DNA of 64,000 nt from Escherichia coli (GTDB taxonomy: Bacteria > Pseudomonadota > Gammaproteobacteria > Enterobacterales > Enterobacteriaceae): NCBI RefSeq assembly GCF_044324875.1, contig NZ_CP172185.1; one strand, given 5' to 3'. Positions 40,421 to 51,242 of this stretch are shown here, piece by piece (within the stretch, counting starts at the first letter, position 1; each line of letters starts with the position of its first letter). The position numbers were made by a program, and so were the translations under genes. The notes under the pieces were generated by a model. The model made no database searches and was not told where the DNA came from. It saw nothing but the letters and a program-made list of their open reading frames with translations.

Positions 40421-42901
40421 ATGTTGAGAATGACCCCACTTGCATCAGCAATCGTAGCGTTATTGCTCGGCATTGAAGCTTATGCAGCTGAAGAAACCTT
40501 TGATACCCATTTTATGATAGGTGGAATGAAAGACCAGCAGGTTGCAAATATTCGTCTTGATGATAATCAACCCTTGCCGGGGCAGTATGACATCGATATT
40601 TATGTCAATAAGCAATGGCGCGGGAAATATGAGATTATTGTTAAAGACAACCCGCAAGAAACATGTTTATCAAGGGAAATTATCAAGCGGTTAGGCATTA
40701 ATACCGATAACTTTGCCAGCGGTAAGCAATGTTTAACATTTGAGCAACTTGTTCAGGGTGGGAGCTATACCTGGGATATCGGGGTTTTTCGTCTCGATTT
40801 CAGTGTACCGCAGGCGTGGGTGGAAGAACTGGAAAGTGGCTATGTTCCACCGGAAAACTGGGAGCGGGGTATTAATGCGTTTTATACCTCTTATTATGTG
40901 AGTCAGTATTACAGCGACTATAAAGCGTCGGGTAATAGCAAGAGTACATATGTACGTTTTAACAGCGGGTTAAACTTACTGGGGTGGCAACTGCATTCTG
41001 ATGCCAGTTTCAGTAAAACAAATAGCAATCCAGGGGTGTGGAAAAGCAATACCCTGTATCTGGAACGTGGATTTGCCCAACTTCTCGGCACGCTTCGCGT
41101 GGGTGATATGTACACATCAAGCGATATTTTTGATTCTGTTCGCTTCAGCGGTGTGCGGTTGTTTCGTGATATGCAGATGTTGCCTAACTCGAAACAGAAT
41201 TTTACTCCACGGGTGCAGGGGATTGCTCAGAGTAACGCGCTGGTAACTATTGAACAGAACGGTTTTGTGGTTTATCAGAAAGAGGTTCCTCCTGGCCCGT
41301 TTGCGATTACAGATTTGCAGTTGGCCGGTGGTGGAGCAGATCTTGATGTCAGCGTGAAAGAGGCGGACGGTTCGGTAACCACCTATCTGGTGCCTTATGC
41401 AGCGGTGCCGAATATGCTGCAACCTGGCGTGTCGAAATATGATTTTGCGGCGGGTCGTAGCCATATTGAAGGGGCGAGCAAACAAAGTGATTTTGTTCAG
41501 GCGGGTTATCAGTATGGTTTTAATAACTTATTGACGCTGTATGGCGGATCGATGGTCGCGAATAATTATTACGCGTTCACTTTGGGGACTGGCTGGAATA
41601 CACGCATTGGTGCCATTTCCGTCGATGCCACGAAGTCGCATAGTAAACAAGACAACGGCGATGTGTTTGACGGGCAAAGTTATCAAATTGCCTACAACAA
41701 ATTTGTGAGCCAAACGTCGACGCGTTTTGGTCTGGCGGCCTGGCGTTATTCGTCGCGTGATTACCGGACATTTAACGATCACGTTTGGGCAAACAATAAA
41801 GATAATTATCGCCGTGATGAAAACGATATCTATGACATTGCCGATTATTACCAGAACGATTTTGGCCGTAAAAATAGCTTTTCTGCCAATATGAGCCAGT
41901 CATTGCCAGAAGGCTGGGGTTCTGTGTCCTTAAGTACGTTATGGCGAGATTACTGGGGGCGTAGCGGCAGCAGTAAGGATTATCAGTTGAGTTATTCCAA
42001 CAACCTGCGACGGATAAGCTATACCCTCGCTGCAAGCCAGGCTTATGACGAGAATCATCATGAAGAGAAACGTTTTAATATTTTTATATCGATTCCCTTT
42101 GATTGGGGTGATGACGTTACGACGCCTCGTCGGCAAATATATATGTCTAACTCAACGACGTTTGATGATCAGGGTTTTGCCTCAAATAATACGGGATTAT
42201 CGGGAACCGTTGGAAGCCGGGATCAATTTAACTATGGGGTCAACCTGAGTCATCAGCATCAGGGAAATGAAACGACAGCTGGAGCGAATTTAACCTGGAA
42301 CGCGCCGGTGGCAACGGTGAATGGCAGTTATAGTCAGTCGAGTACTTATCGACAGGCTGGAGCCAGTGTTTCAGGGGGCATTGTCGCCTGGTCGGGTGGC
42401 GTTAATCTGGCGAACCGTCTTTCCGAAACGTTTGCTGTGATGAATGCGCCAGGAATTAAAGATGCTTATGTCAATGGGCAAAAATATCGCACAACAAACC
42501 GTAATGGAGTGGTGGTATACGACGGAATGACACCTTATCGGGAAAATCACCTGATGCTGGATGTGTCGCAAAGCGATAGCGAAGCAGAATTACGTGGCAA
42601 CCGGAAAATTGCCGCCCCTTTTCGCGGCGCGGTTGTACTGGTTAATTTTGATACCGATCAGCGCAAGCCCTGGTTTATAAAAGCGTTAAGAACGGATGGG
42701 CAACCATTAACGTTTGGTTATGAAGTTAATGATATCCATGGTCTTAATATTGGCGTTGTCGGCCAGGGAAGCCAGTTATTTATTCGCACCAATGAAGTAC
42801 CGCCATCGGTTAATGTAGCAATTGATAAGCAACAAGGACTTTCATGCATAATCACCTTCGGTAAAGAGATTGATGAAAGTAGAAATTATATTTGCCAGTA
42901 A
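40421..42901 (+). CDS. yehB: Fimbrial outer membrane usher YehB
   Basis: 826 aa from MLRMTPL; usher family hallmarks. Confidence 0.9.
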   Translation: MLRMTPLASAIVALLLGIEAYAAEETFDTHFMIGGMKDQQVANIRLDDNQPLPGQYDIDIYVNKQWRGKYEIIVKDNPQETCLSREIIKRLGINTDNFASGKQCLTFEQLVQGGSYTWDIGVFRLDFSVPQAWVEELESGYVPPENWERGINAFYTSYYVSQYYSDYKASGNSKSTYVRFNSGLNLLGWQLHSDASFSKTNSNPGVWKSNTLYLERGFAQLLGTLRVGDMYTSSDIFDSVRFSGVRLFRDMQMLPNSKQNFTPRVQGIAQSNALVTIEQNGFVVYQKEVPPGPFAITDLQLAGGGADLDVSVKEADGSVTTYLVPYAAVPNMLQPGVSKYDFAAGRSHIEGASKQSDFVQAGYQYGFNNLLTLYGGSMVANNYYAFTLGTGWNTRIGAISVDATKSHSKQDNGDVFDGQSYQIAYNKFVSQTSTRFGLAAWRYSSRDYRTFNDHVWANNKDNYRRDENDIYDIADYYQNDFGRKNSFSANMSQSLPEGWGSVSLSTLWRDYWGRSGSSKDYQLSYSNNLRRISYTLAASQAYDENHHEEKRFNIFISIPFDWGDDVTTPRRQIYMSNSTTFDDQGFASNNTGLSGTVGSRDQFNYGVNLSHQHQGNETTAGANLTWNAPVATVNGSYSQSSTYRQAGASVSGGIVAWSGGVNLANRLSETFAVMNAPGIKDAYVNGQKYRTTNRNGVVVYDGMTPYRENHLMLDVSQSDSEAELRGNRKIAAPFRGAVVLVNFDTDQRKPWFIKALRTDGQPLTFGYEVNDIHGLNIGVVGQGSQLFIRTNEVPPSVNVAIDKQQGLSCIITFGKEIDESRNYICQ

Positions 42902-42916
42902 TAGTCAGGTGGTTCT

Positions 42917-43951
42917 ATGAAAATTCGCATAATGCTATTTATATTAATGATGATGGTTATGCCAGAGAGCTATGCGGCATGTTATGGCGTGTTGTCAGCA
43001 CAGCATAATTTGGTTGTTCAGGGGGATTTTACGCTAACTCAAAATCAAACAGCAACTCATACATATACTTTTAATGATACTTCTTGCGTCAGTACTAATA
43101 CAATAGCGCAGATAGACCCCTCGGATATTGTGATTGGACTCTATAATGACACCATCAAACTTAAGTTGCATTTTGAATGGGAGAAAAAAGGTAGCATCAC
43201 GCTTTCAAATAACCAAACTAGTTTTACGAGTGGATATAATGTCACTGTGACATCGGCAGCGAGCGATGCCATAGTGAATTTGTCTGGTGGGGGAAGTGGA
43301 TCTCTCATGATTAATAGTGTCGCGACATTAAGCAGTGCTTCATCATCTACTCGTTTGGCTGCTTTTTTACAATTTGCAGGTTGTTTTCTAGGCGGCACCT
43401 CATGGGATACCTGTGTGCAAAACTATAAAAATGCATTATCAAAAAATGCCGGTATCTATTCCTTTAATCTGGCATTGTCATATAACCCGATAACCACAAC
43501 CTGCAAACCGGACGATTTATTAATTACTTTAGAGAGTATTCCCGATTCACAATTACCAGCCACAGGTAACAAAGCAACAATAAATAGTAACAAAGGGGAT
43601 ATTGTTCTGCGTTGTAAAAACTTATTAGGTCAACAAAATCAAACATCACGGAAAATGCAGGTGTATTTATCAAGTTCTGACTTGTTAACCAACAGCAACA
43701 CGATACTGAAAGGTGCGGAAGATAATGGCGTAGGATTTATTCTTGAAAGTAATGGTTCGCCAGTCACACTTTTAAATATCACTAACAGCAGTAAAGGATA
43801 CACAAATTTAAAAGAAATTGCGGCAAAGTCAAAACTTCCAGATACAACGGTTTCAATTCCGATAACAGCCAGTTACTACGTCTACGATACAAACAAAGTT
43901 AAATCTGGCGCACTGGAGGCAACCGCATTAATCAACGTGAAATACGACTAA
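42917..43951 (+). CDS. yehA: Fimbrial adhesin-like protein YehA
   Basis: 344 aa with signal peptide; last gene of the chaperone-usher operon. Confidence 0.8.
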   Translation: MKIRIMLFILMMMVMPESYAACYGVLSAQHNLVVQGDFTLTQNQTATHTYTFNDTSCVSTNTIAQIDPSDIVIGLYNDTIKLKLHFEWEKKGSITLSNNQTSFTSGYNVTVTSAASDAIVNLSGGGSGSLMINSVATLSSASSSTRLAAFLQFAGCFLGGTSWDTCVQNYKNALSKNAGIYSFNLALSYNPITTTCKPDDLLITLESIPDSQLPATGNKATINSNKGDIVLRCKNLLGQQNQTSRKMQVYLSSSDLLTNSNTILKGAEDNGVGFILESNGSPVTLLNITNSSKGYTNLKEIAAKSKLPDTTVSIPITASYYVYDTNKVKSGALEATALINVKYD

Positions 43952-44006
43952 TAACAAGCAAGACGAGCAAGTGACTAATAATAAAAATAATAAGGTATCT
44001 GCATTT

Positions 44007-44034
44007 CCCCCTCTCTTCGAGGGGGCTTTTTTTT
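44007..44034 (+). terminator. Intrinsic terminator after yehA (ccccctc/gaggggg hairpin plus T9)
   Basis: Perfect 7-bp GC stem followed by cttttttttt. Confidence 0.8.
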
Positions 44035-44371
44035 AGCGATGATAAAAAATCTCACCGTCGTAGGCTTTAATGATTTTACCGTCGGTGTCGCTGATCAACA
44101 CGTACGCGCCACCCATATAGGTCCAGTGCGTCCCGGCATCAGGCGCGGGCAGGTTACGTAACTGCCACTGCTTAATGTTGTACTCATCGGTGCGGTACAT
44201 CTCTGGGACGGTATCGCCTGGTTTGAAATGCTTAAAGTCAGCAATGAAACTGCTTAACTCATACTTAGAAATTCCCGAGGTATTGGTCGAACCCGCGGTG
44301 GCTGGTGCGGCCCAGGCGGCACTGGTAACCAGCAAAAGCGCACCCAGCAACATCTTATTTTTAATGGTCAT
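44033..44371 (-). CDS. rcnB: Periplasmic nickel/cobalt homeostasis protein RcnB (YohN)
   Basis: 112 aa from MTIKNKMLLGALLLVTSAAWA; downstream of rcnA. Confidence 0.85.
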   Translation of the reverse strand: MTIKNKMLLGALLLVTSAAWAAPATAGSTNTSGISKYELSSFIADFKHFKPGDTVPEMYRTDEYNIKQWQLRNLPAPDAGTHWTYMGGAYVLISDTDGKIIKAYDGEIFYHR

Positions 44372-44589
44372 AAACTCTCCACTTTGGGGATCTGTAATAT
44401 CAGTCGCATATCTTTCCTGCCATACAATATAACTGACAAGCGATATTTTGTTAGTGATCCCATGATTTCGTAAAAAGTGTAAATGAAAGGATGCCTTAAA
44501 AGCATCCTTAGCGAGCAGAGAGTCAGCGGAAATAGCTGATTTAAGAATCATCCTGGGCTGAAGATAACATGCAAGCCTAAAGGATTGAG

Positions 44590-45420
44590 TTATCGCATTA
44601 TGCCCATAAAGCCATGCACACCCATATACACACCAACTAAGCCAATCAACAGACTGGAAAAATAGGGGGCGCGTTTAGCGAGAGTGTTAAATCCGCCCCA
44701 GCGTTTTGCAACCTGCTGAACGCTGATTGCTGCGCCAACGCCTACGGTGACCAGCGTTAACGCCAGGCCGATGCTGAAACTGACGACCAGTGTTGCGCCC
44801 AGTGTCAGGGCTTTCAACTGAATGCAAATCAACAGCACGGTAATTGCTGCCGGGCAGGGGATAAGGCCACCGGTTAAGCCAAATAACAAAATTTGCCAGT
44901 TGGTGACCTCTCTACCATCAAAGCGTCGTTTAATGTCATTGGCATGGGCTCGTGCATGAGCATCCTGATACTCCCAGTGTTCGTGATGGTGATGATGTCC
45001 ATGGTCGTGGTGATCTTCGTGATCGTGATGACGGTGATGATGCTCATGATCATGCCCGTGCATATTCTCCAGCCAGTTGCGTTCGCCGCGCCAGGTACGC
45101 CAGAACATCCAGAACGCGGTGCCAATAATGATCACCGCGGAAATCAACTGGAGCCACGGTTCCGCCGACTGCGCAGTAAAGCGTTTGCTGATCACCATCC
45201 CGCCAAAGGCAATTAACCAGACCACTGCGGTATGCGAAATAGTTGCTGCCAGTCCGAGCATCACCGCCTGTTTAATGGTGCCTTTGATGGCGATGATAAA
45301 CGCCGCCATCATCGTTTTTGAGTGCCCTGGTTCCAGGCCATGAAGCGCACCAAGTAAGATGGTGCTGGGGATGAAGAACCAGGCGTTTCCTTGCTGAAGA
45401 AGAGTGGTAAATTCGGTCAT
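44590..45420 (-). CDS. rcnA: Nickel/cobalt efflux permease RcnA
   Basis: Membrane protein with a long His-rich loop (HGHDHEHHHRHHDHEDHHDHGHHHHHEH). Confidence 0.92.
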   Translation of the reverse strand: MTEFTTLLQQGNAWFFIPSTILLGALHGLEPGHSKTMMAAFIIAIKGTIKQAVMLGLAATISHTAVVWLIAFGGMVISKRFTAQSAEPWLQLISAVIIIGTAFWMFWRTWRGERNWLENMHGHDHEHHHRHHDHEDHHDHGHHHHHEHWEYQDAHARAHANDIKRRFDGREVTNWQILLFGLTGGLIPCPAAITVLLICIQLKALTLGATLVVSFSIGLALTLVTVGVGAAISVQQVAKRWGGFNTLAKRAPYFSSLLIGLVGVYMGVHGFMGIMR

Positions 45421-45457
45421 GATAATAATTCTTAGTATTAATTCGGCAATCCGATTC

Positions 45458-45492
45458 TACTCCCCCCCAGTACCTGATACTACCCCCCAGTA
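45458..45492. promoter_or_regulatory. Two RcnR operator sites (TACT-G/C tract-AGTA) in the rcnA-rcnR divergent intergenic region
   Basis: tactcccccccagta and tactaccccccagta. Confidence 0.65.
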
Positions 45493-45540
45493 GATTAATA
45501 GTGCTATGATTTTTCATGTTCTTGTTAACCAGGTGTTGCC

Positions 45541-45813
45541 ATGTCTCATACAATCCGTGATAAACAGAAACTGAAAGCGCGTGCCAGTAAGATTCAGGGC
45601 CAGGTCGTGGCGCTCAAGAAAATGCTCGACGAGCCGCACGAATGCGCTGCATTTTTACAACAGATTGCTGCTATCCGTGGCGCGGTAAACGGTCTGATGC
45701 GGGAAGTGATTAAAGGTCATCTGACGGAACACATCGTTCACCAGGGGGATGAGCTAAAACGTGAAGAAGATCTGGATGTCGTTCTGAAGGTGCTGGATTC
45801 TTATATCAAATAA
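45541..45813 (+). CDS. rcnR: Ni/Co-responsive repressor RcnR (CsoR/RcnR family)
   Basis: 90 aa, [21 protein letters not shown]... Confidence 0.92.
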   Translation: MSHTIRDKQKLKARASKIQGQVVALKKMLDEPHECAAFLQQIAAIRGAVNGLMREVIKGHLTEHIVHQGDELKREEDLDVVLKVLDSYIK

Positions 45814-45904
45814 TTTATTAACGCGATTGTAAAACTGCGGTTTTTCCTCGTTTACAACGCGTGCGCTGGACATTACCATCCTCCTCTGCGATTTATCATC
45901 GCAA

Positions 45905-46035
45905 CCAAACGACTCGGGGTGCCCTTCTGCGTGAAGGCTGAGAAATACCCGTATCACCTGATCTGGATAATGCCAGCGTAGGGAAGTCACGGACCACCAG
46001 GTCATTGCTTCTTCACGTTATGGCAGGAGCAAACT
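45905..46035 (+). promoter_or_regulatory. TPP (thi-box) riboswitch in the thiM leader
   Basis: Sequence ...ggggtgcccttctgcgtgaaggctgagaaatacccgtatcacctgatctggataatgccagcgtagggaa... is the canonical thiM aptamer; the SD/AUG follow. Confidence 0.9.
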
Positions 46036-46824
46036 ATGCAAGTCGACCTGCTGAGTTCCGCGCAATCTGCGCACGCGTTACATCTTTTTCACCAACATTC
46101 CCCTCTTGTGCACTGCATGACCAACGATGTGGTGCAAACCTTTACTGCCAATACCTTGCTGGCGCTCGGTGCATCGCCAGCGATGGTTATCGAAACCGAA
46201 GAGGCCAGTCAGTTTGCGGCTATCGCCAGTGCGTTGCTGATTAACGTTGGCACGCTGACGCAGCAACGCGCACAGGCGATGCGTGCCGCTGTTGAACAGG
46301 CAAAACGCTCTCAAACACCCTGGACGCTTGATCCGGTCGCGGTTGGCGCACTCGATTATCGCCGCCGCTTTTGTCATGACCTTTTATCGTTAAAGCCTGC
46401 TGCCATACGCGGTAATGCTTCGGAAATAATGGCATTAGCAGGCATCGCCAATGGTGGTCGTGGTGTGGATACTACTGACGCCGCCGCCAACGCATTGCCC
46501 GCCGCACAAACTCTGGCAAGTGAAACAGGGGCTGTCATCGTGGTCACTGGCGAGGTGGATTATGTTACCGATGGTCGTCGCACCGTTGGCATTCACGGTG
46601 GCGATCCGCTAATGACCAGAGTGGTAGGAACTGGCTGTGCATTATCGGCGGTTGTCGCTGCCTGTTGTGCGCTACCAGGCGATACGCTGGAAAATATCGC
46701 ATCTGCCTGTCACTGGATGAAACAAGCCGGAGAACGCGCAGTCGCCAGTAGCGAGGGGCCAGGCAGTTTTGTTCCACATTTCCTTGATGCGCTCTGGCAA
46801 TTGACGCAGGAGGTGCAGGCGTGA
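46036..46824 (+). CDS. thiM: Hydroxyethylthiazole kinase
   Basis: 262 aa, [30 protein letters not shown]... Confidence 0.92.
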   Translation: MQVDLLSSAQSAHALHLFHQHSPLVHCMTNDVVQTFTANTLLALGASPAMVIETEEASQFAAIASALLINVGTLTQQRAQAMRAAVEQAKRSQTPWTLDPVAVGALDYRRRFCHDLLSLKPAAIRGNASEIMALAGIANGGRGVDTTDAAANALPAAQTLASETGAVIVVTGEVDYVTDGRRTVGIHGGDPLMTRVVGTGCALSAVVAACCALPGDTLENIASACHWMKQAGERAVASSEGPGSFVPHFLDALWQLTQEVQA

Positions 46825-47621
46825 AACGAATTAACGCTCTGACGATTGCCGGTACTGATCCGAGTGGTGGTGCGGGGATTCAGGCCGATCTTAAAACCTT
46901 CTCGGCACTTGGCGCTTATGGTTGCTCAGTGATTACTGCACTGGTGGCGCAAAATACCCGTGGCGTACAGTCGGTGTATCGCATTGAGCCTGATTTTGTC
47001 GCCGCCCAGCTCGATTCGGTGTTCAGCGATGTGCGAATCGACACCACTAAAATCGGTATGTTGGCGGAAACCGATATTGTTGAAGCGGTGGCAGAACGGT
47101 TGCAACGTTATCAGATCCAAAACGTGGTACTCGACACCGTTATGCTGGCAAAAAGCGGCGACCCACTGCTTTCACCTTCGGCAGTTGCCACGCTACGCAG
47201 TCGATTATTGCCACAGGTTTCATTAATAACGCCAAACTTGCCCGAAGCAGCCGCCTTGCTCGACGCGGCACACGCGCGCACCGAACAGGAAATGCTGGAA
47301 CAAGGGCGATCGCTGTTGGCGATGGGCTGTGGCGCAGTGCTAATGAAAGGTGGTCATCTGGATGATGAGCAAAGCCCGGACTGGCTGTTTACTCGCGAGG
47401 GAGAACAACGATTTACTGCACCGCGCATTATGACCAAAAACACCCACGGCACTGGTTGTACGCTCTCTGCGGCGTTGGCTGCACTACGCCCGCGCCATAC
47501 AAACTGGGCTGACACCGTACAGGAGGCAAAAAGCTGGCTTTCATCGGCGTTAGCCCAGGCCGACACGCTGGAAGTTGGTCACGGTATTGGTCCGGTTCAC
47601 CACTTCCACGCCTGGTGGTGA
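46821..47621 (+). CDS. thiD: Hydroxymethylpyrimidine / phosphomethylpyrimidine kinase
   Basis: 266 aa, [27 protein letters not shown]...; overlaps thiM stop. Confidence 0.92.
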   Translation: MKRINALTIAGTDPSGGAGIQADLKTFSALGAYGCSVITALVAQNTRGVQSVYRIEPDFVAAQLDSVFSDVRIDTTKIGMLAETDIVEAVAERLQRYQIQNVVLDTVMLAKSGDPLLSPSAVATLRSRLLPQVSLITPNLPEAAALLDAAHARTEQEMLEQGRSLLAMGCGAVLMKGGHLDDEQSPDWLFTREGEQRFTAPRIMTKNTHGTGCTLSAALAALRPRHTNWADTVQEAKSWLSSALAQADTLEVGHGIGPVHHFHAWW

Positions 47622-47676
47622 GCACCGTACTATAGCTGCTTTGGTTATTGTCAGCCTTTGGCACTGACATTCAGGG

Positions 47677-48504
47677 ATGAAACCAATGCAGCTAAGAATC
47701 ACCAGTCGAAAAAAACTCACCGCTTTATTATGCGCTCTTGGGCTAATTTCCATCGTTGCGATTCATCCGCGTCAGACGGTGAATTTTTTCTACTCGACAG
47801 CAATTCAGATTAAAGACTACATCCACTTCTACGGTTATCGTCCGGTCAAATCTTTTGCTATTCGCATTCCTGCCAGTTACACCATTCATGGTATTGATGT
47901 TTCACGCTGGCAGGAGCGAATCGACTGGCAGCGGGTGGCACAAATGCGCGATAACGGTATTCGCTTGCAGTTTGCTTTTATTAAGGCTACGGAAGGCGAA
48001 AAGCTGGTGGACCCCTATTTTTCGCGTAACTGGCAACTAAGCCGCGAAAATGGCCTGCTGCGCGGGGCGTATCATTATTTTTCCCCGTCGGTATCCGCTT
48101 CAGTTCAGGCGAGATTATTTCTGCAAACGGTGGATTTCTCACAAGGCGATTTCCCTGCCGTGCTGGACGTAGAAGAACGGGGAAAATTATCGGCAAAAGA
48201 ATTACGCAAGCGGGTAAGTCAGTGGCTAAAAATGGTCGAAAAACGCACGGCAAAAAAGCCGATTATTTACTCAGGAGCCGTTTTTTATCACACGAATCTG
48301 GCGGGCTATTTTAATGAATATCCGTGGTGGGTGGCTCACTATTATCAACGTCGTCCGGACAATGACGGCATGGCATGGCGCTTCTGGCAGCATTCCGACC
48401 GTGGACAGGTAGATGGCATTAATGGTCCGGTGGATTTTAATGTGTTTAATGGCTCGGTGGAGGAGTTGCAGGTATTCGTTGATGGGATTAAAGAAACCCC
48501 TTAA
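47677..48504 (+). CDS. yegX: Glycoside hydrolase family 25 (lysozyme-like) protein YegX
   Basis: 275-aa ORF with N-terminal signal/anchor; assigned from recalled sequence and synteny. Confidence 0.75.
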   Translation: MKPMQLRITSRKKLTALLCALGLISIVAIHPRQTVNFFYSTAIQIKDYIHFYGYRPVKSFAIRIPASYTIHGIDVSRWQERIDWQRVAQMRDNGIRLQFAFIKATEGEKLVDPYFSRNWQLSRENGLLRGAYHYFSPSVSASVQARLFLQTVDFSQGDFPAVLDVEERGKLSAKELRKRVSQWLKMVEKRTAKKPIIYSGAVFYHTNLAGYFNEYPWWVAHYYQRRPDNDGMAWRFWQHSDRGQVDGINGPVDFNVFNGSVEELQVFVDGIKETP

Positions 48505-48555
48505 ATAAGAAGCAGTGATATACTCCCACCAGACTCCTTGGCAGGAAAAAGACAA

Positions 48556-49302
48556 ATGGAACAAGCGCATACCCAGCTGATTGCCCAACTGAACGAACGT
48601 ATTTTAGCGGCGGATAACACGCCGCTTTATATTAAGTTTGCCGAAACGGTAAAAAATGCCGTGCGCAGCGGGGTGCTGGAGCATGGCAATATTTTGCCCG
48701 GTGAGCGTGATTTAAGTCAGTTAACCGGCGTTTCGCGCATTACGGTGCGCAAGGCGATGCAGGTGCTGGAAGAAGAGGGCGTGGTGACGCGTTCGCGTGG
48801 TTACGGTACGCAGATCAACAACATCTTCGAATACTCGTTGAAAGAAGCGCGAGGTTTTTCTCAGCAGGTGGTATTGCGCGGGAAAAAGCCCGATACACTA
48901 TGGGTTAACAAGCGTGTCGTGAAATGTCCCGAAGAAGTCGCGCAGCAGCTAGCGGTCGAAGCAGGAAGTAATGTCTTTTTGCTTAAGCGTATTCGCTATG
49001 TCGATGAAGAAGCGGTATCAATTGAGGAATCGTGGGTTCCTGCGCATTTAATTCATGATGTTGATGCCATCGGAATTTCTCTTTATGACTACTTCCGCAG
49101 CCAGCACATTTACCCACAACGTACGCGTTCCCGCGTTAGCGCCCGGATGCCGGATGCCGAGTTTCAGTCACATATTCAGTTAGATAGCAAAATACCGGTG
49201 CTGGTGATCAAGCAAGTGGCGCTTGACCAACAGCAACGGCCTATTGAGTACAGCATCAGCCACTGTCGCAGCGATCTATACGTTTTTGTGTGCGAGGAGT
49301 AG
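48556..49302 (+). CDS. yegW: GntR-family transcriptional regulator YegW
   Basis: N-terminal GntR-type HTH with UTRA-like C-terminal domain. Confidence 0.8.
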   Translation: MEQAHTQLIAQLNERILAADNTPLYIKFAETVKNAVRSGVLEHGNILPGERDLSQLTGVSRITVRKAMQVLEEEGVVTRSRGYGTQINNIFEYSLKEARGFSQQVVLRGKKPDTLWVNKRVVKCPEEVAQQLAVEAGSNVFLLKRIRYVDEEAVSIEESWVPAHLIHDVDAIGISLYDYFRSQHIYPQRTRSRVSARMPDAEFQSHIQLDSKIPVLVIKQVALDQQQRPIEYSISHCRSDLYVFVCEE

Positions 49303-50241
49303 TTCCTCGCGCGTTGGCGCACAATCACCGCCCCGATGCCCGACAACCCACGACGCCACTGCATTGCCCAGTAATACAGCATCCGCCAGTGGCAGACCAG
49401 AGGCCAGCCCGGCAAGTACGCCACCTGCATGACTGTCGCCCGCCCCAATGGTGTCTACAACTTGCGTTGGAAATGCCGGAATGCAGCCAGAAGCGTCGTT
49501 GCTGAAATACCATGCGCCCTCTTTATCGAGACGAATGATCAACGGCGCGGCAAATTTCTCCTGCCATTGCTTGCCAAGTGTTGTTATCTCTGCGGATAAA
49601 GCAAAACGTTCGGCGGCAATCTCAGCCTCTTGACGATTGAGTGATACTAAAGGTCGACAGGCCATGATCCGCGCCAGTAATGCGTCCGGGATATCGCCGA
49701 TACGTGGGCCAAAATCGATAAACGGCGTCACGTCTTGCAGCTCTTCCAGCCATTCCACTAACAATTCGCCGCAGAGCGAGGCCAGTTGATAACCGGAAAA
49801 ATAGAGCAGGCTGCCAGGCGCAACGGTTAATCGTGCCAACCATTGGCGATTCCATTGATTTTCCACGCCGCTGAATGACATAAAAGTGCGTTCGCCATCC
49901 GGCTCAACCAGCGCCAGACACCAGCCGTTATCACCTTCGGCGTTATCGATCAGGCTGATTAAGTCCTCTTTTGCCATCCGGTTGCGAATAATCTCCGCCC
50001 AAACCCCCTGACCGAGCGGCAAGGCATTACCCGCTTCGATGCCGAGGCGCTTTAACGCCACGGCAATATTCAGTGCGCAGCCGCCAACGTTAACGCTCTG
50101 CTGTTTCAGTTCGATATCGCACCCACGCCAGGGGAGAGCATAAGCGTCGGCGATCACATCAATGACCGCCGCGCCAATCACCATAACTGGCTGACGCGTG
50201 GTTAATTCAGGCAGCAGCGTGTGTAATCGAGCGCCGCTCAT
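49276..50241 (-). CDS. yegV: PfkB-family sugar/nucleoside kinase YegV
   Basis: 321 aa; GAGD motif (DTIGAGDSHAGG). Confidence 0.8.
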   Translation of the reverse strand: MSGARLHTLLPELTTRQPVMVIGAAVIDVIADAYALPWRGCDIELKQQSVNVGGCALNIAVALKRLGIEAGNALPLGQGVWAEIIRNRMAKEDLISLIDNAEGDNGWCLALVEPDGERTFMSFSGVENQWNRQWLARLTVAPGSLLYFSGYQLASLCGELLVEWLEELQDVTPFIDFGPRIGDIPDALLARIMACRPLVSLNRQEAEIAAERFALSAEITTLGKQWQEKFAAPLIIRLDKEGAWYFSNDASGCIPAFPTQVVDTIGAGDSHAGGVLAGLASGLPLADAVLLGNAVASWVVGHRGGDCAPTREELLLAHKNV

Positions 50242-51242
50242 ACCGCCTCCCGTTGTTGACGATATTTCGCCAGCGCTGTGGCATAGCGGTTGAAATCAAG
50301 CTGATTTACCGCATCCAGCTCCGCCTTTAACGCAGGATCGATAGCGTTAATGCCATGCAACGCGCCGCAGATTGCCGTCGCCATAGCACCGATGGTGTCT
50401 GTATCGCCGCCAAGGTTAGCGCACAGGACGGCGCAACGGTTCGGGTCGGTTTGTGCCAGTTCAACCAGCGCAATGGCGCACGGAACGGACTCAATAGTGC
50501 TGGTACCTGCGCCAACGACCTGGTAAAGCTGTTCGCTGGCGGATTCAGTGCCGTCGGCATTGCGCACAATTTTCAGCGCAATCTCCAGCCGCGCCGCCAG
50601 TGAGGCGCTGAACGTGGTCGTGCGTTTTTGCTGTGCATGTTGCGCAATTGAAGGCAGTGAATCAACAATCGCTGACCAGCTTTCTCCGTCAATGGCACGA
50701 GAAATCGCCCATGCGATGACTACCGCACCTGCAACTGCCAGATCGGATTTATGGGTCGGGCTCGACGCCAGCGCCACATCATCAATAAAGGAATCAACAT
50801 CACGCGCCGGAAGCAAACAACCTAATGGCGAGACGCGCATCGCTGCGCCGTTGGTCACGCCGTTGTTTTCCAGTTCAGCAACGGGTTTACCGTCGCGAAT
50901 GGCGTTGAGAGCAATCTTCGAGGTCGGACCTAGTACGTTTTTGTTAAAGGCATCGAAACGCAGCGCCCAGTCGAGAATATTACGCCCAATCAGATCCGGA
51001 TCGATCTTGCCTTTACGTTCCAGTAACGCATCCGCCAGACACAGCGCCATCGAGGTATCGTCGGTGAATTCGGCGCGGTTAAAATAACAGGCCGCGTTAT
51101 TCTCCTTTGGTCCAGGCAGAAAATGGTCAATCCAGCCAAAGTGTGCTTTAACGCGGCTGCGTGGCCAAAGCTCGGAGGGCATCCCCATCGCATCCCCTAA
51201 CGCCTGCCCATAAAGAGCACCGAGAATACGTTCTGTTTTCAT
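50238..51242 (-). CDS. yegU: ADP-ribosylglycohydrolase-family protein YegU
   Basis: 334 aa; overlaps yegV start. Confidence 0.8.
   Translation of the reverse strand: MKTERILGALYGQALGDAMGMPSELWPRSRVKAHFGWIDHFLPGPKENNAACYFNRAEFTDDTSMALCLADALLERKGKIDPDLIGRNILDWALRFDAFNKNVLGPTSKIALNAIRDGKPVAELENNGVTNGAAMRVSPLGCLLPARDVDSFIDDVALASSPTHKSDLAVAGAVVIAWAISRAIDGESWSAIVDSLPSIAQHAQQKRTTTFSASLAARLEIALKIVRNADGTESASEQLYQVVGAGTSTIESVPCAIALVELAQTDPNRCAVLCANLGGDTDTIGAMATAICGALHGINAIDPALKAELDAVNQLDFNRYATALAKYRQQREAV

Noticed and set aside
44874-45343. ORFs overlapping rcnA on both strands with His-rich or Met-rich translations
   Set aside because: Alternate-frame and antisense readings of the rcnA histidine-rich loop coding region.
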